A stretch of DNA of 50,622 nucleotides from an uncultured Candidatus Saccharimonas sp. (GTDB lineage: Bacteria > Patescibacteriota > Saccharimonadia > Saccharimonadales > Saccharimonadaceae): positions 1-50,622 of the forward strand of contig CAZNQY010000001.1 of the NCBI GenBank assembly GCA_964575635.1, written 5' to 3'. The notes below the pieces were generated by a model. The model did not search any database. It saw only the letters and a program-made list of their open reading frames with translations, and had not been told where the DNA came from. Within the stretch, counting starts at the first letter, position 1. Each line of letters starts with the position of its first letter. A program made the position numbers and the translations under genes. Below, piece by piece: positions 1-8,025 of this stretch.

Positions 1-470
1 ATTGTATATGCTTCTTGTGTAGAGCCAATTTTTGCATGTGATAGAGTTTCTTTTCCTTGTGGTGAAATTATCCAGTAAAAAAGCCATTTTGGACTAATAT
101 TTTTGTATTTACGAAACCAAGTTAAATTTCCATCTTTGAAATAAAACTTTAAATCTTTTTCTACCAAATATGGATTTCCAAGGGTTCCAACTGATGTTAG
201 TAAAATATCGTTTTCTTCTGGCACTCCAAAATTATTCTTGATTTCATTATATTTTTCTTCTGTGATAAATAATTCTGTTGAAATCTCATTTCCATTAAAT
301 TTTTCAGTTACTTCTTTTCCTCTAAAAAATGGAATACCTGAAGTCTGATATTCATTTGCAAAAATTCTCTTTGAAGAAGTTATCTCGCAAACCTCCCCCA
401 AAGTCGTCTCCACCCAATCACTCGGAGGGAAGCTTGAAGAACTTGCTGTATGTGAATTATTGTCAGTCAT
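1..470 (-). CDS. hsdS: Type I restriction-modification specificity subunit (HsdS), N-terminal part; the 3' end runs off the window
   Basis: My translation from the ATG at 470-468 gives MTDNNSHTASSSSFPPSDWVETTLGEVCEITSSKRIFANEYQTSGIPFFRGKEV...HAKIGSTQEAYT. This resembles the opening of an HsdS target-recognition domain. It starts 12 nt after the hsdM stop on the same strand. Confidence 0.7.
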   Translation of the reverse strand, partial: MTDNNSHTASSSSFPPSDWVETTLGEVCEITSSKRIFANEYQTSGIPFFRGKEVTEKFNGNEISTELFITEEKYNEIKNNFGVPEENDILLTSVGTLGNPYLVEKDLKFYFKDGNLTWFRKYKNISPKWLFYWIISPQGKETLSHAKIGSTQEAYT

Positions 471-482
471 ATTTTTTGTTCC

Positions 483-1994
483 TTACATATTAAAACCGAT
501 TTTTGCCAATTGTTTTTTGATCTCTGCATTCATCACTTCTTCTTTGGCAAATTGTTCTTTGAGAGTGCTTGTGAGTTTTTGCATTTTCTCTTCAAAAGGC
601 ACTCCGTCATCTATCGCATCGGTAATCCCCACATAACGACCAGGAGTCAGCACAAAACCATGTTTTTCTACTTCATCTCTTTGTGCAGATTTACAAAAAC
701 CTTTGATGTCCTCATATTGTTCAGGATGTTTTCTCCAGTTGTGATAAGTTTCAGAGATTTTATCCATATCATCATCAGTAAATTCTCTATGCACGCGGTC
801 TTTTAAAAAACCCATTTCTGAAGCGTCAATAAATAAAACTTCATTTTTTCTGGCTAGCCTCTCACGACGTAAAAACCAAATACAAGCCGGAATTCCCGTG
901 TTGTAAAAAAGTTGCTTTGGTAAAGCTACGATACATTCAACCAAGCCGTTCTCTATCAATTTTTTTCTAATATCGCCTTCTCCAGAAGCATTAGAGCTCA
1001 AACTGCCGTTTGCAAGAACTGTTGCCATCACTCCGTTAGGTGCGAGATGATAGAGCATATGTTGCATCCATCCAAAGTTAGCGTTGCCAGCAGGTGGCAC
1101 TCCATATTTCCATCTGGCGTCATCTTGCAAAATATCCCGTCCCCAATCAGATTGATTAAACGGAGGATTAGCAATAACAAAGTCCGCCTTTAAATCAGGG
1201 TGAGCATCTTTTAGGAAACTACCTTCGGTGTTCCAAGTCACAAACTTTGAATTAATATTGCGGATCGCCAAGTTCATTTTGGATAATTTCCAAGTAGTTT
1301 GATTAGACTCTTGTCCATAAATCGTTATGTCTTTTATATTGCCTTGATGCTCCTGAACGAATTTTTCGCTCATAACGAACATACCGCCAGACCCACAAGC
1401 GGGGTCATAGACACGACCTTTGTATGGTTCAATCATCTCGACCATCAGTTTTACGATAGATTTTGGTGTATAAAATTGCCCACCTTTTTTACCTTCGGCA
1501 TTGGCAAATTCACCCAAAAAATATTCATAGACACGACCAAAAAGATCTTTGGAATTTTCACTCGTCGCTTTTAGTTCTGTATTTGAGATTAAATCAATTA
1601 ACTGACCAAGTGATGTCTTGTCAAGGTTAGGCTTTCCAAAAACTTTAGGTAATACGTTGCGAAGATCAGGATTTTCTTTCTCGATTGATTCCATCGCATC
1701 ATCAAGTTCTTGTCCAATAGTTGGCAGCTTCGCTTTTTCTTGTATATTTTTCCACCTAGCTTTTTCGGGCACAAAAAAAATATTCTCTGCGACGTATTCA
1801 TCTCTATCTTCTGGATCTGAAAATTCATCTGCTGCTAGTTTGTCATAAAGTTCAGCAAAACTTTCAGAAATATACTTCAGAAAAATAAGTCCCAAAGCTA
1901 CGTTTTTATATTCTGCCGCATCAATGTTTTTGCGTAGTTTGTCGGCTGCTTTAAAAAGCTGTGCCTCAAAATTTCCATTCTGCTCTTTTGACAT
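483..1994 (-). CDS. hsdM: Type I restriction-modification N6-adenine DNA methyltransferase subunit (HsdM)
   Basis: 503-aa ORF with AdoMet motif 'DPACGSGGM', catalytic motif 'ANPPFN' and an HsdM-type N-terminal helical region. Confidence 0.93.
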   Translation of the reverse strand: MSKEQNGNFEAQLFKAADKLRKNIDAAEYKNVALGLIFLKYISESFAELYDKLAADEFSDPEDRDEYVAENIFFVPEKARWKNIQEKAKLPTIGQELDDAMESIEKENPDLRNVLPKVFGKPNLDKTSLGQLIDLISNTELKATSENSKDLFGRVYEYFLGEFANAEGKKGGQFYTPKSIVKLMVEMIEPYKGRVYDPACGSGGMFVMSEKFVQEHQGNIKDITIYGQESNQTTWKLSKMNLAIRNINSKFVTWNTEGSFLKDAHPDLKADFVIANPPFNQSDWGRDILQDDARWKYGVPPAGNANFGWMQHMLYHLAPNGVMATVLANGSLSSNASGEGDIRKKLIENGLVECIVALPKQLFYNTGIPACIWFLRRERLARKNEVLFIDASEMGFLKDRVHREFTDDDMDKISETYHNWRKHPEQYEDIKGFCKSAQRDEVEKHGFVLTPGRYVGITDAIDDGVPFEEKMQKLTSTLKEQFAKEEVMNAEIKKQLAKIGFNM

Positions 1995-2098
1995 ATTTTC
2001 ATCCTTATTGGCAATATTTACCTTAAGTATAGATCATTTGTACTCTTATTGCACATATGGTGTGATATACAGATAAATATGTTCACGATTTTGTTCAA

Positions 2099-2294
2099 GG
2101 AGAGAACATGGTGTCGCTTCGATTCTCCATTCGTTTGCAAAAAATGTAATTATAGAACAGGATATCGGCCTTCGGCCTTCTCCGTTCATTCACAAAAAAA
2201 TGTAAACACTTTTTCGTTTCATTCACTACACCGAACCCGCAGTTATTTTCGTCTTTGACGAAAAACCGCAGGTTCGAATTCTGTAATCGCAGAC
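2099..2294 (-). repeat. tRNA-linked repeat locus A: tRNA 3'-end fragment (2099-2108), partial module (2112-2150), full T-loop-position module (2155-2242), small hairpin (2246-2265), inverted copy of the tRNA-Ser(GGA) T-arm (2266-2294)
   Basis: Direct comparison with copies at 15.8-16.2, 25.8-26.0, 26.4-26.5 and 30.1-30.2 kb. 2266-2284 'ccgcaggttcgaattctgt' matches the reverse complement of the tRNA T-arm at 19 of 20 positions. Confidence 0.7.
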
Positions 2295-2330
2295 AAATAA
2301 AATAACGACCAAAAGGTCGTAATTTTATTT
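2295..2330 (-). terminator. Conserved hairpin immediately 3' of tRNA-Ser(GGA) (family AAATWAAAAWACGACC-loop-GGTCGTWWTTTWATTT)
   Basis: 'aaataaaataacgacc aaaa ggtcgtaattttattt'. Homologous hairpins are at 15762-15799, 26003-26038, 26197-26235 and 30235-30270. Confidence 0.6.
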
Positions 2331-2419
2331 GGCGGAGAGAACAGGATTCGAACCTGCGGTAACATTGCTGCCACACACGCTTTCCAAGCGTGCGCCTTCA
2401 ACCACTCGGCCATCTCTCC
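2330..2419 (-). tRNA. tRNA-Ser(GGA), type II with long variable arm, CCA encoded
   Basis: Reverse complement reads GGAGAGA-TG-GCC..GGC-CACGC-TTGGAAA-GCGTG-(variable arm)-GCAGG-TTCGAAT-CCTGT-TCTCTCC-G-CCA. Anticodon loop is ttGGAaa. Confidence 0.9.
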
Positions 2420-2460
2420 AATATTACTAGGTTAGTATAACCCAAAAGGTCTCAAATATA

Positions 2461-2592
2461 CACGCTAGGTCCAAGCGTGGTCACCTTTGGCGACCCCGAA
2501 ACTTCACGATTGAAAAAATAGTTTTCATCGGAAGGTTTCCTTGCGAATTGCCACTGGCAATTCTCACCTTCAACCACTCGGCCATCTCTCCA
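2461..2592 (-). pseudogene. Partial tRNA-Ser(GGA) duplicate: acceptor and D arm, a ~90-nt insert (X-family repeat), then a mutated anticodon arm; no T-arm
   Basis: 2567-2592 is identical to 2395-2420 (26 nt). 2461-2479 'cacgctaggtccaagcgtg' corresponds to the real anticodon arm 2376-2392 'cacgctttccaagcgtg'. There is no T-arm or 3' acceptor strand. Confidence 0.55.
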
Positions 2593-2752
2593 GGATATGG
2601 ATCCATTATAACATCCAAGTAAACAACGATGATGAATATCTTATGTTCTTTCTTTCCGTAAAGAACCAAAGACGTACTACTTTTTGAGCCGCAAAAAGTA
2701 GTCAAAAACTCTTGGGGCGGCTTCGAATACGCAGCTTAAAGCCATTCAATAT

Positions 2753-3059
2753 TCTCTTTGGTGTCTGCGTAACTCGACTTCGTCTCAAACATACTCGACA
2801 CGCAACGAGTATATTAAATGTCTTTATCTGGTATTCTGCAGATGCCCCAAACCCCCTAGACTGACTTGCATATAGATATTCGAGATTTAATAGTACTACC
2901 GAAACATAAAATAACTGTTTATCTAACGTCCACGCATAGGGTACCTGCGACCCCGGGTCTGGGTAATCTGCAAGAATCCGGTATTAAAAACTGAAGCGAA
3001 TTCCTGGTGAGTCGAGTATGTTTGAGCGGCGCGAGTTACGCAGGCTCCAAAGAATGAGA
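2753..3059. repeat. Nested long-range inverted repeats in a ~780-bp non-coding block (candidate structured RNA or decayed element)
   Basis: Outer arms 2753-2799 and 3011-3059 share blocks gtcgagtatgtttgag and cgagttacgcag. Inner arms are 2828-2843 and 2966-2981. No credible ORF. Confidence 0.45.
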
Positions 3060-3196
3060 TTTAGTTTTTAGACCGCGATTCTGAAGCCTACCCAGTGATT
3101 TTGTTTCTTTTGTCATCAAAAGAAAGACATAAGTTGTCATTTTAACTCCACCGCATAAGTTGCGAAAATAGAGCGGAAACACCATAATAAACCACG

Positions 3197-3991
3197 ATGA
3201 TAAAAGAAAGCGCCATCCCAGTAATCAAACTCGTAAATCTTCACAAGAGATATGGTGTTGGTGATGCCGAAACTTTTGCACTTAATAATATCAACCTGAC
3301 TATCGAAAAGGGCGAATTCGTCGCAATTATGGGCCCAAGTGGCTGTGGCAAAACTACTCTCTTGAATATCCTAGGAATACTCGACCATAACATCGACGGC
3401 GAATATGAGTTGGATGGCAAAGCGGTTTCGGCTATGTCCAGGCGCCGACAAGCTAGAATCCGCAGTCGTCAAATCGGCTTTATATTCCAGAACTTCAACC
3501 TAATTCCCCGACTTAGCGTTATCGAAAACGTTGCCTTGCCACTTATCTATAAAGGCATTCACAAAACCAAACGATTGATAATGGCTAGCGAAATGCTCAA
3601 AAACTTTCACCTGAACGAGCGCGAGTACTACATGCCCTATCAATTATCTGGCGGACAAGTTCAGCGCGTAGCTATCGCCAGAGCTTTAGTTAATCAACCA
3701 TCAATAATTTTGGCCGACGAGCCAACTGGCAACCTGGATTCGCACGCCAGCCATATCATTATGGAAGAATTATCCGATTTACACGAACGTGGCAATACGA
3801 TAATTATGGTTACTCATAACCCAGCGCTTACCACCTACGCCAGTCGTGTGATTACGATGATCGATGGTCAAATTGATACCGATACTAAATTTCCAGCAGT
3901 GCCAGAAGATGAACTTGCCAAAATACCACTTGGCGACATGCCGATAATTCACAAATCTAAAAAACGCAAATCAAAAAAGAGGAAGAAATAA
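3197..3991 (+). CDS. ABC transporter ATP-binding protein (MacB/LolD/FtsE-like) with a Lys-rich C-terminal tail
   Basis: Walker A 'GPSGCGKTT', signature 'LSGGQVQR', Walker B 'ILADEPTGNLD'. Stop overlaps the next start (TAATG). Confidence 0.92.
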   Translation: MIKESAIPVIKLVNLHKRYGVGDAETFALNNINLTIEKGEFVAIMGPSGCGKTTLLNILGILDHNIDGEYELDGKAVSAMSRRRQARIRSRQIGFIFQNFNLIPRLSVIENVALPLIYKGIHKTKRLIMASEMLKNFHLNEREYYMPYQLSGGQVQRVAIARALVNQPSIILADEPTGNLDSHASHIIMEELSDLHERGNTIIMVTHNPALTTYASRVITMIDGQIDTDTKFPAVPEDELAKIPLGDMPIIHKSKKRKSKKRKK

Positions 3992-5223
3992 TGCGGTTCT
4001 TATTAATAAATCACCTACAAAACGCCAGAGACTCACTACATAGTAGTCGAATTCGTAGCGCCCTTACGATGCTTGGCGTGACAATAGGTGTTGCAAGTGT
4101 CACAACGATACTTGCTCTCGGCTCTGGTGCTACGACAATAATCAGCTCGCAAATCAAAAAACTTGGCGACAATATGATCATCGTCAGACCAGGACAAGAT
4201 TCTGTGCTAATTAATGGCAATATTACCCAAATCCAACCCGGCCACGGCTATATGACCAGTACACTTACTGAATCAGACATCACTTATATAAAAAACACCG
4301 ATAATGTCAAAGAAATCGCTCCAATAATGCTCTTGAGCGGCTCAATTAAGGGTGACTCGACAGCACCAAAGTCATCAACGATCATCGCCACTACACCAGA
4401 ATTTTTTTCGATCAACCAATTAAAAATCAAAGATGGACAAGCCCTGGACGATAAAGTCGCAAAAAATACAGCTGTAATTGGCGTGCAGTTATCAATTAAT
4501 ATTTTTGGTACAGAAATCCCAATCGGTAGAACGATTAGCATCAAGGGCAAGCAATTCACCGTAATCGGCATCATGAATCACATTAATAGTCCAATTAACT
4601 ATAATGCCACCGACTTTAATAACAGCGTAGTCATTAACTACGAGAGTGGTAAAGAAATCAACAATAATTCACCGCAAATACAACAATTCAATATAGTTGT
4701 AAACAACACAACTAACCTATCCCAAACTGCGGAGTTGTTGAAAAAAGTTATCAAAACCAATCACAATGGCGAAGAAGATTTCTCGGTGTTAATAAAAGAT
4801 CAAATATCAAAACCAACAAATCAGATGCTCGAATTAATCACAGGATTATCAACATCAATAGCTGCCATATCGTTAATTGTCGGTGGCATAGGCATTATGA
4901 ATATTATGTTAGTAACAGTAGTCGAACGAACCAGAGAGATTGGCATTCGAAAAGCCCTAGGTGCTAGCAATTTTGATATCTTGTATCAGTTCTTGATTGA
5001 ATCACTTGCGATTAGTATTTGCGGTGGAATATTTGGATTCGCATTCGGTTGTTTGACAGCATTCATAATTGGCACAAACCTGGCATTCCTGCCAATAATA
5101 ACTTGGCAAAATGCTCTTGTTGCTTTTATTATATCGATATTAACAGGCCTTGTATCAGGAGTTTATCCAGCAGCTCGTGCCGCCAGAAAAGACCCTATCG
5201 AATCACTTTATCAATATCGTTAA
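3991..5223 (+). CDS. ABC transporter permease, MacB-type extracytoplasmic domain plus FtsX-like C-terminal TM domain
   Basis: 410 aa: N-terminal TM, large extracytoplasmic region, three C-terminal TMs with 'ERTREIGIRKALGA'. Translationally coupled to the ATPase. Confidence 0.9.
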   Translation: MRFLLINHLQNARDSLHSSRIRSALTMLGVTIGVASVTTILALGSGATTIISSQIKKLGDNMIIVRPGQDSVLINGNITQIQPGHGYMTSTLTESDITYIKNTDNVKEIAPIMLLSGSIKGDSTAPKSSTIIATTPEFFSINQLKIKDGQALDDKVAKNTAVIGVQLSINIFGTEIPIGRTISIKGKQFTVIGIMNHINSPINYNATDFNNSVVINYESGKEINNNSPQIQQFNIVVNNTTNLSQTAELLKKVIKTNHNGEEDFSVLIKDQISKPTNQMLELITGLSTSIAAISLIVGGIGIMNIMLVTVVERTREIGIRKALGASNFDILYQFLIESLAISICGGIFGFAFGCLTAFIIGTNLAFLPIITWQNALVAFIISILTGLVSGVYPAARAARKDPIESLYQYR

Positions 5224-5363
5224 ACTGTCGTCACATTTACAATAGATCAATATTGTGTTACAATAATATTATAAGCTATCGATAGCTTTGTACTTTATTA
5301 TTACAAAAAATAAGCTATCGAATCTAAAATCATAGCCAAGCGGGCTAAAAACGTGGTGATAAT

Positions 5364-6233
5364 ATGAACAGCGATATTAATAAGATCGCAAGCTATCTTG
5401 GCGTAAACCCACTCTTGGTGGCAAGAGAAATGGTCGAACCAAAAATTCTTGTTGGCAAAATTAGTACATTGAGCGCTGCATTAAATGTTTATGAAAATTC
5501 CGTCAAAGGAACGGAACTTGCTGAAGAGATTGAGCAAAAAATAACACAAATTGGTGAGCAATTGTTAAAAGTAGCAAATTTCGAAGAAGTTCACAGGATA
5601 TGGCACATAGCACCCGAAAATAGCCGATTGCAAGAATTGGCAGATGAGCGAATGGCTCAAATGTACAAAGCTAAATTGGAGATCTCCAATATCGAAGAAG
5701 CAGAAAAGATTTCAATATTAGCCCCAGAAGGTTGCAAACTCAAAAAACAAGCATGCCATAAGATCATTGAACTTAAAAAGCAAAGTCTTTTGAGTGCTGA
5801 TTATGAAACTGCTAGGATGATTTGGGAAGGTGAAACCGATAAGAAACTTCGCGAGATAGCCACAACAAGAATGACGGAGCTGAAAAACAAAGAGCTATCC
5901 AGTGCAACTTACGAAGAAGCAGCCGACATAAAGCGCGCAGCATTTTTCATGAAAAATAAGCCCCTCGAAAATCTTGCAATAGCAAAAATGATTGAACTTG
6001 TTAAACGGGATCAAAATGGTTTTACTTTCGAGGAAGCTAGGACAATTTGGGATGATGCGGTAAATAACGAGGAGTTGCGCACACTTGCTCTTGAGATAAT
6101 GAACACAGCTGGAGAACTTGCTCTCGAGTCCATAGTGATCAATAATATCAAAAACATCTGGAAATACGCGCCCTACCCGCAAGCTGCCGAGCTTCGCAAA
6201 AAAGCGCTTAACAGACTTCTTCAGCTTATTTAA
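5364..6233 (+). CDS. Hypothetical protein built from ~6 degenerate 36-39-aa helical repeats
   Basis: Recurring motif (F/Y)EE(A/V)..IW..AP....L...A..RM.E; no signal peptide or TM. Confidence 0.6.
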   Translation: MNSDINKIASYLGVNPLLVAREMVEPKILVGKISTLSAALNVYENSVKGTELAEEIEQKITQIGEQLLKVANFEEVHRIWHIAPENSRLQELADERMAQMYKAKLEISNIEEAEKISILAPEGCKLKKQACHKIIELKKQSLLSADYETARMIWEGETDKKLREIATTRMTELKNKELSSATYEEAADIKRAAFFMKNKPLENLAIAKMIELVKRDQNGFTFEEARTIWDDAVNNEELRTLALEIMNTAGELALESIVINNIKNIWKYAPYPQAAELRKKALNRLLQLI

Positions 6234-6359
6234 TTTGTAATTTACTTGTCGCTCTTTTGATAGGGCGACTTTTAATTTGCCAGATATAAATTTGCTTTAA
6301 TCAAAGTGTTTATGCTAAAGTATTATTAAATTACATAACAAATAATACAGGGGTGGGCT

Positions 6360-6836
6360 ATGGATATTCAATCTCAAACAACAAAACCAATCAACGACGA
6401 CCAAGAATTAGCACAAGTGCTTGCGGGCGTAACCGGCAACATGAGTTTCGAGCCAATTCCTGCGCCAAAACAATCTACTGTCGCACCAGATCCAAAACTA
6501 TCTTCTGATTTAGATAATATCTCTTTGCCTACTCCTACTATTGCTCCTATGCAAGAAGTTACGAATAAAACAACCAAACCTGAAATTAATGGCGACCTTG
6601 ATGACATAAAAAAAGAAGCTCTTTTAATGCTTCGACCGCTACTTGATAAGGTTAACACAACACCCGAAGAAAAGTTTGATATTTATCTGCTACTTCTTCG
6701 CAGTACCGACGATAAATCACTCATTGATCCTGCTTATAAATGTGCCCAAACTATCGCTGATGAGTCTAGGCGCGCCCAGGCTCTACTCGATATCGTTCGA
6801 GAAATCGACTTTTTATCCAATCAGGAAAAAATCTAA
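6360..6836 (+). CDS. Hypothetical acidic protein
   Basis: 158-aa ORF followed by a strong terminator; no family recognised. Confidence 0.5.
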   Translation: MDIQSQTTKPINDDQELAQVLAGVTGNMSFEPIPAPKQSTVAPDPKLSSDLDNISLPTPTIAPMQEVTNKTTKPEINGDLDDIKKEALLMLRPLLDKVNTTPEEKFDIYLLLLRSTDDKSLIDPAYKCAQTIADESRRAQALLDIVREIDFLSNQEKI

Positions 6837-6846
6837 CATATAAAAT

Positions 6847-6869
6847 CCCGCCAAACTAGGCGGGTTTTT
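6847..6869. terminator. Bidirectional rho-independent terminator between convergent genes
   Basis: 'cccgcc aaacta ggcggg' followed by ttttt; A-rich on the other side. Confidence 0.7.
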
Positions 6870-6870
6870 A

Positions 6871-7944
6871 TTAATATCGTCCAATTTTTCGACGTACAAA
6901 CACCTTTAAGCGCATAAAATACGCCTGTTTCATTGCAGCCATAATTATCATCAAAACCTTTTTTGATCGTAGCCGTTCAAAGAATAATTGGTGTTCTTTG
7001 CTTAGTCCATCGAGCAAAATTCTTGATGCCACCGCATTCACGTCATCACTATTAACAATTTCTTTTATGTATCGGAATTTTGCCAAAAAACTTTTTTTAA
7101 CACGGTAATAATATTCTTCGGTGATAATACTGCGAATATTGTACATAAAGTAATAATCAATCTGCGTCGATAAATCAAAAACGTCGAGTCTGGATTGATT
7201 CATAATCCTAAGGCTCTCGATCAAAAGTCGTGCGTTTTCAAATTGATTCTGATAATACGACCTAGTGATCGAGATATTATTATCCCGATAATGATACAAG
7301 AATTTTTCATCAAGCACATTCACAAGATCCGCATCCAAAAAACAAGCAAATGTCGTCAGGCCATCCTCGCCTATCCTGACTCTTTTATCGATATTCATAA
7401 TATTTGGAGTAATTAATTCACGGCGGAACAATTTATTCCACATTGCTGCATAGATACCGAAGTAAAAAAATCGACCGGAATATAACATTTTTGGATATAC
7501 ATTCTCGATCAAGCCTTTTTTGTCATAAGACCCAGCCTTTATCGACTGCCTGACTGGCGATTGATGATTTGTATAATTGAAATAACCGTCAAAAGTCACA
7601 ATATCGGCATTATTTGATTTTGCCGATTCGATCATAACTTGAAGTGCATTCAGCTCAAGCCAATCATCGCTATCAAAAACTAAAACATATTCACCGCTGG
7701 CCGCAGCAATTCCAGCTTGGCGTGCGGTTGTTTGACCACCATTTTCTTTGTGAATTACCTGAACGCGCGCATCTTTAAGCGCATAGTCATCACAGATTTT
7801 TGGACAATTATCTGGCGATCCGTCATTGACTAAAATCAATTCAAAATCGGCAAAAGTTTGGCTCAAAATACTATCGACACATTGATTTATATATTTTTCT
7901 GTTTTATAAACTGGAACAACAACACTTATCGCAGGATTTTTCAC
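6871..7944 (-). CDS. Family 2 glycosyltransferase
   Basis: N-terminal 'VVVPVYKTEKYINQCVDSILSQTFADFELILVNDGSPD' and a 'DSDDW' DxD-type motif. Confidence 0.85.
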   Translation of the reverse strand: MKNPAISVVVPVYKTEKYINQCVDSILSQTFADFELILVNDGSPDNCPKICDDYALKDARVQVIHKENGGQTTARQAGIAAASGEYVLVFDSDDWLELNALQVMIESAKSNNADIVTFDGYFNYTNHQSPVRQSIKAGSYDKKGLIENVYPKMLYSGRFFYFGIYAAMWNKLFRRELITPNIMNIDKRVRIGEDGLTTFACFLDADLVNVLDEKFLYHYRDNNISITRSYYQNQFENARLLIESLRIMNQSRLDVFDLSTQIDYYFMYNIRSIITEEYYYRVKKSFLAKFRYIKEIVNSDDVNAVASRILLDGLSKEHQLFFERLRSKKVLMIIMAAMKQAYFMRLKVFVRRKIGRY

Positions 7945-7986
7945 GCGTCGGCACTTTCATTTATTTATTAAAGTCAGTATAACACA

Positions 7987-8017
7987 AGAAAACTCGCTAC
8001 TATCGAGCGAGTTTTCT
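7987..8017 (-). terminator. Terminator downstream of groEL
   Basis: 12-bp stem agaaaactcgct/agcgagttttct, followed by a T-rich tract on the minus strand. Confidence 0.6.
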
Positions 8018-8025
8018 TATTCAAT

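Noticed and set aside
2049-2376. Track ORFs 2049-2258(+) and 2095-2376(-), and likewise 15781-16155(+), 25726-25932(+), 26162-26386(-), 26370-26678(+), 26515-26712(-), 26566-26748(+) and 29972-30160(-). Some share the peptide KKCLHFF.(N/S)ERR.
   Set aside because: They lie on tRNA genes or on the tRNA-linked repeats. The shared peptide comes from repeated DNA whose copies differ by indels that are not multiples of three. They have no RBS. They are not treated as genes.
2714-3130. Possible tmRNA (ssrA): 'ggggcggcttcgaatacgcag' resembles a tmRNA 5' end.
   Set aside because: No complementary 3' acceptor strand (ccgcccc + ACCA) and no T-arm (GGTTCGAATCC-like) exist within the next ~500 nt on either strand. 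I also could not find the RNase P RNA signature (GAGGAAAGTCC) or the SRP RNA signature (GGAAGCAGCC).
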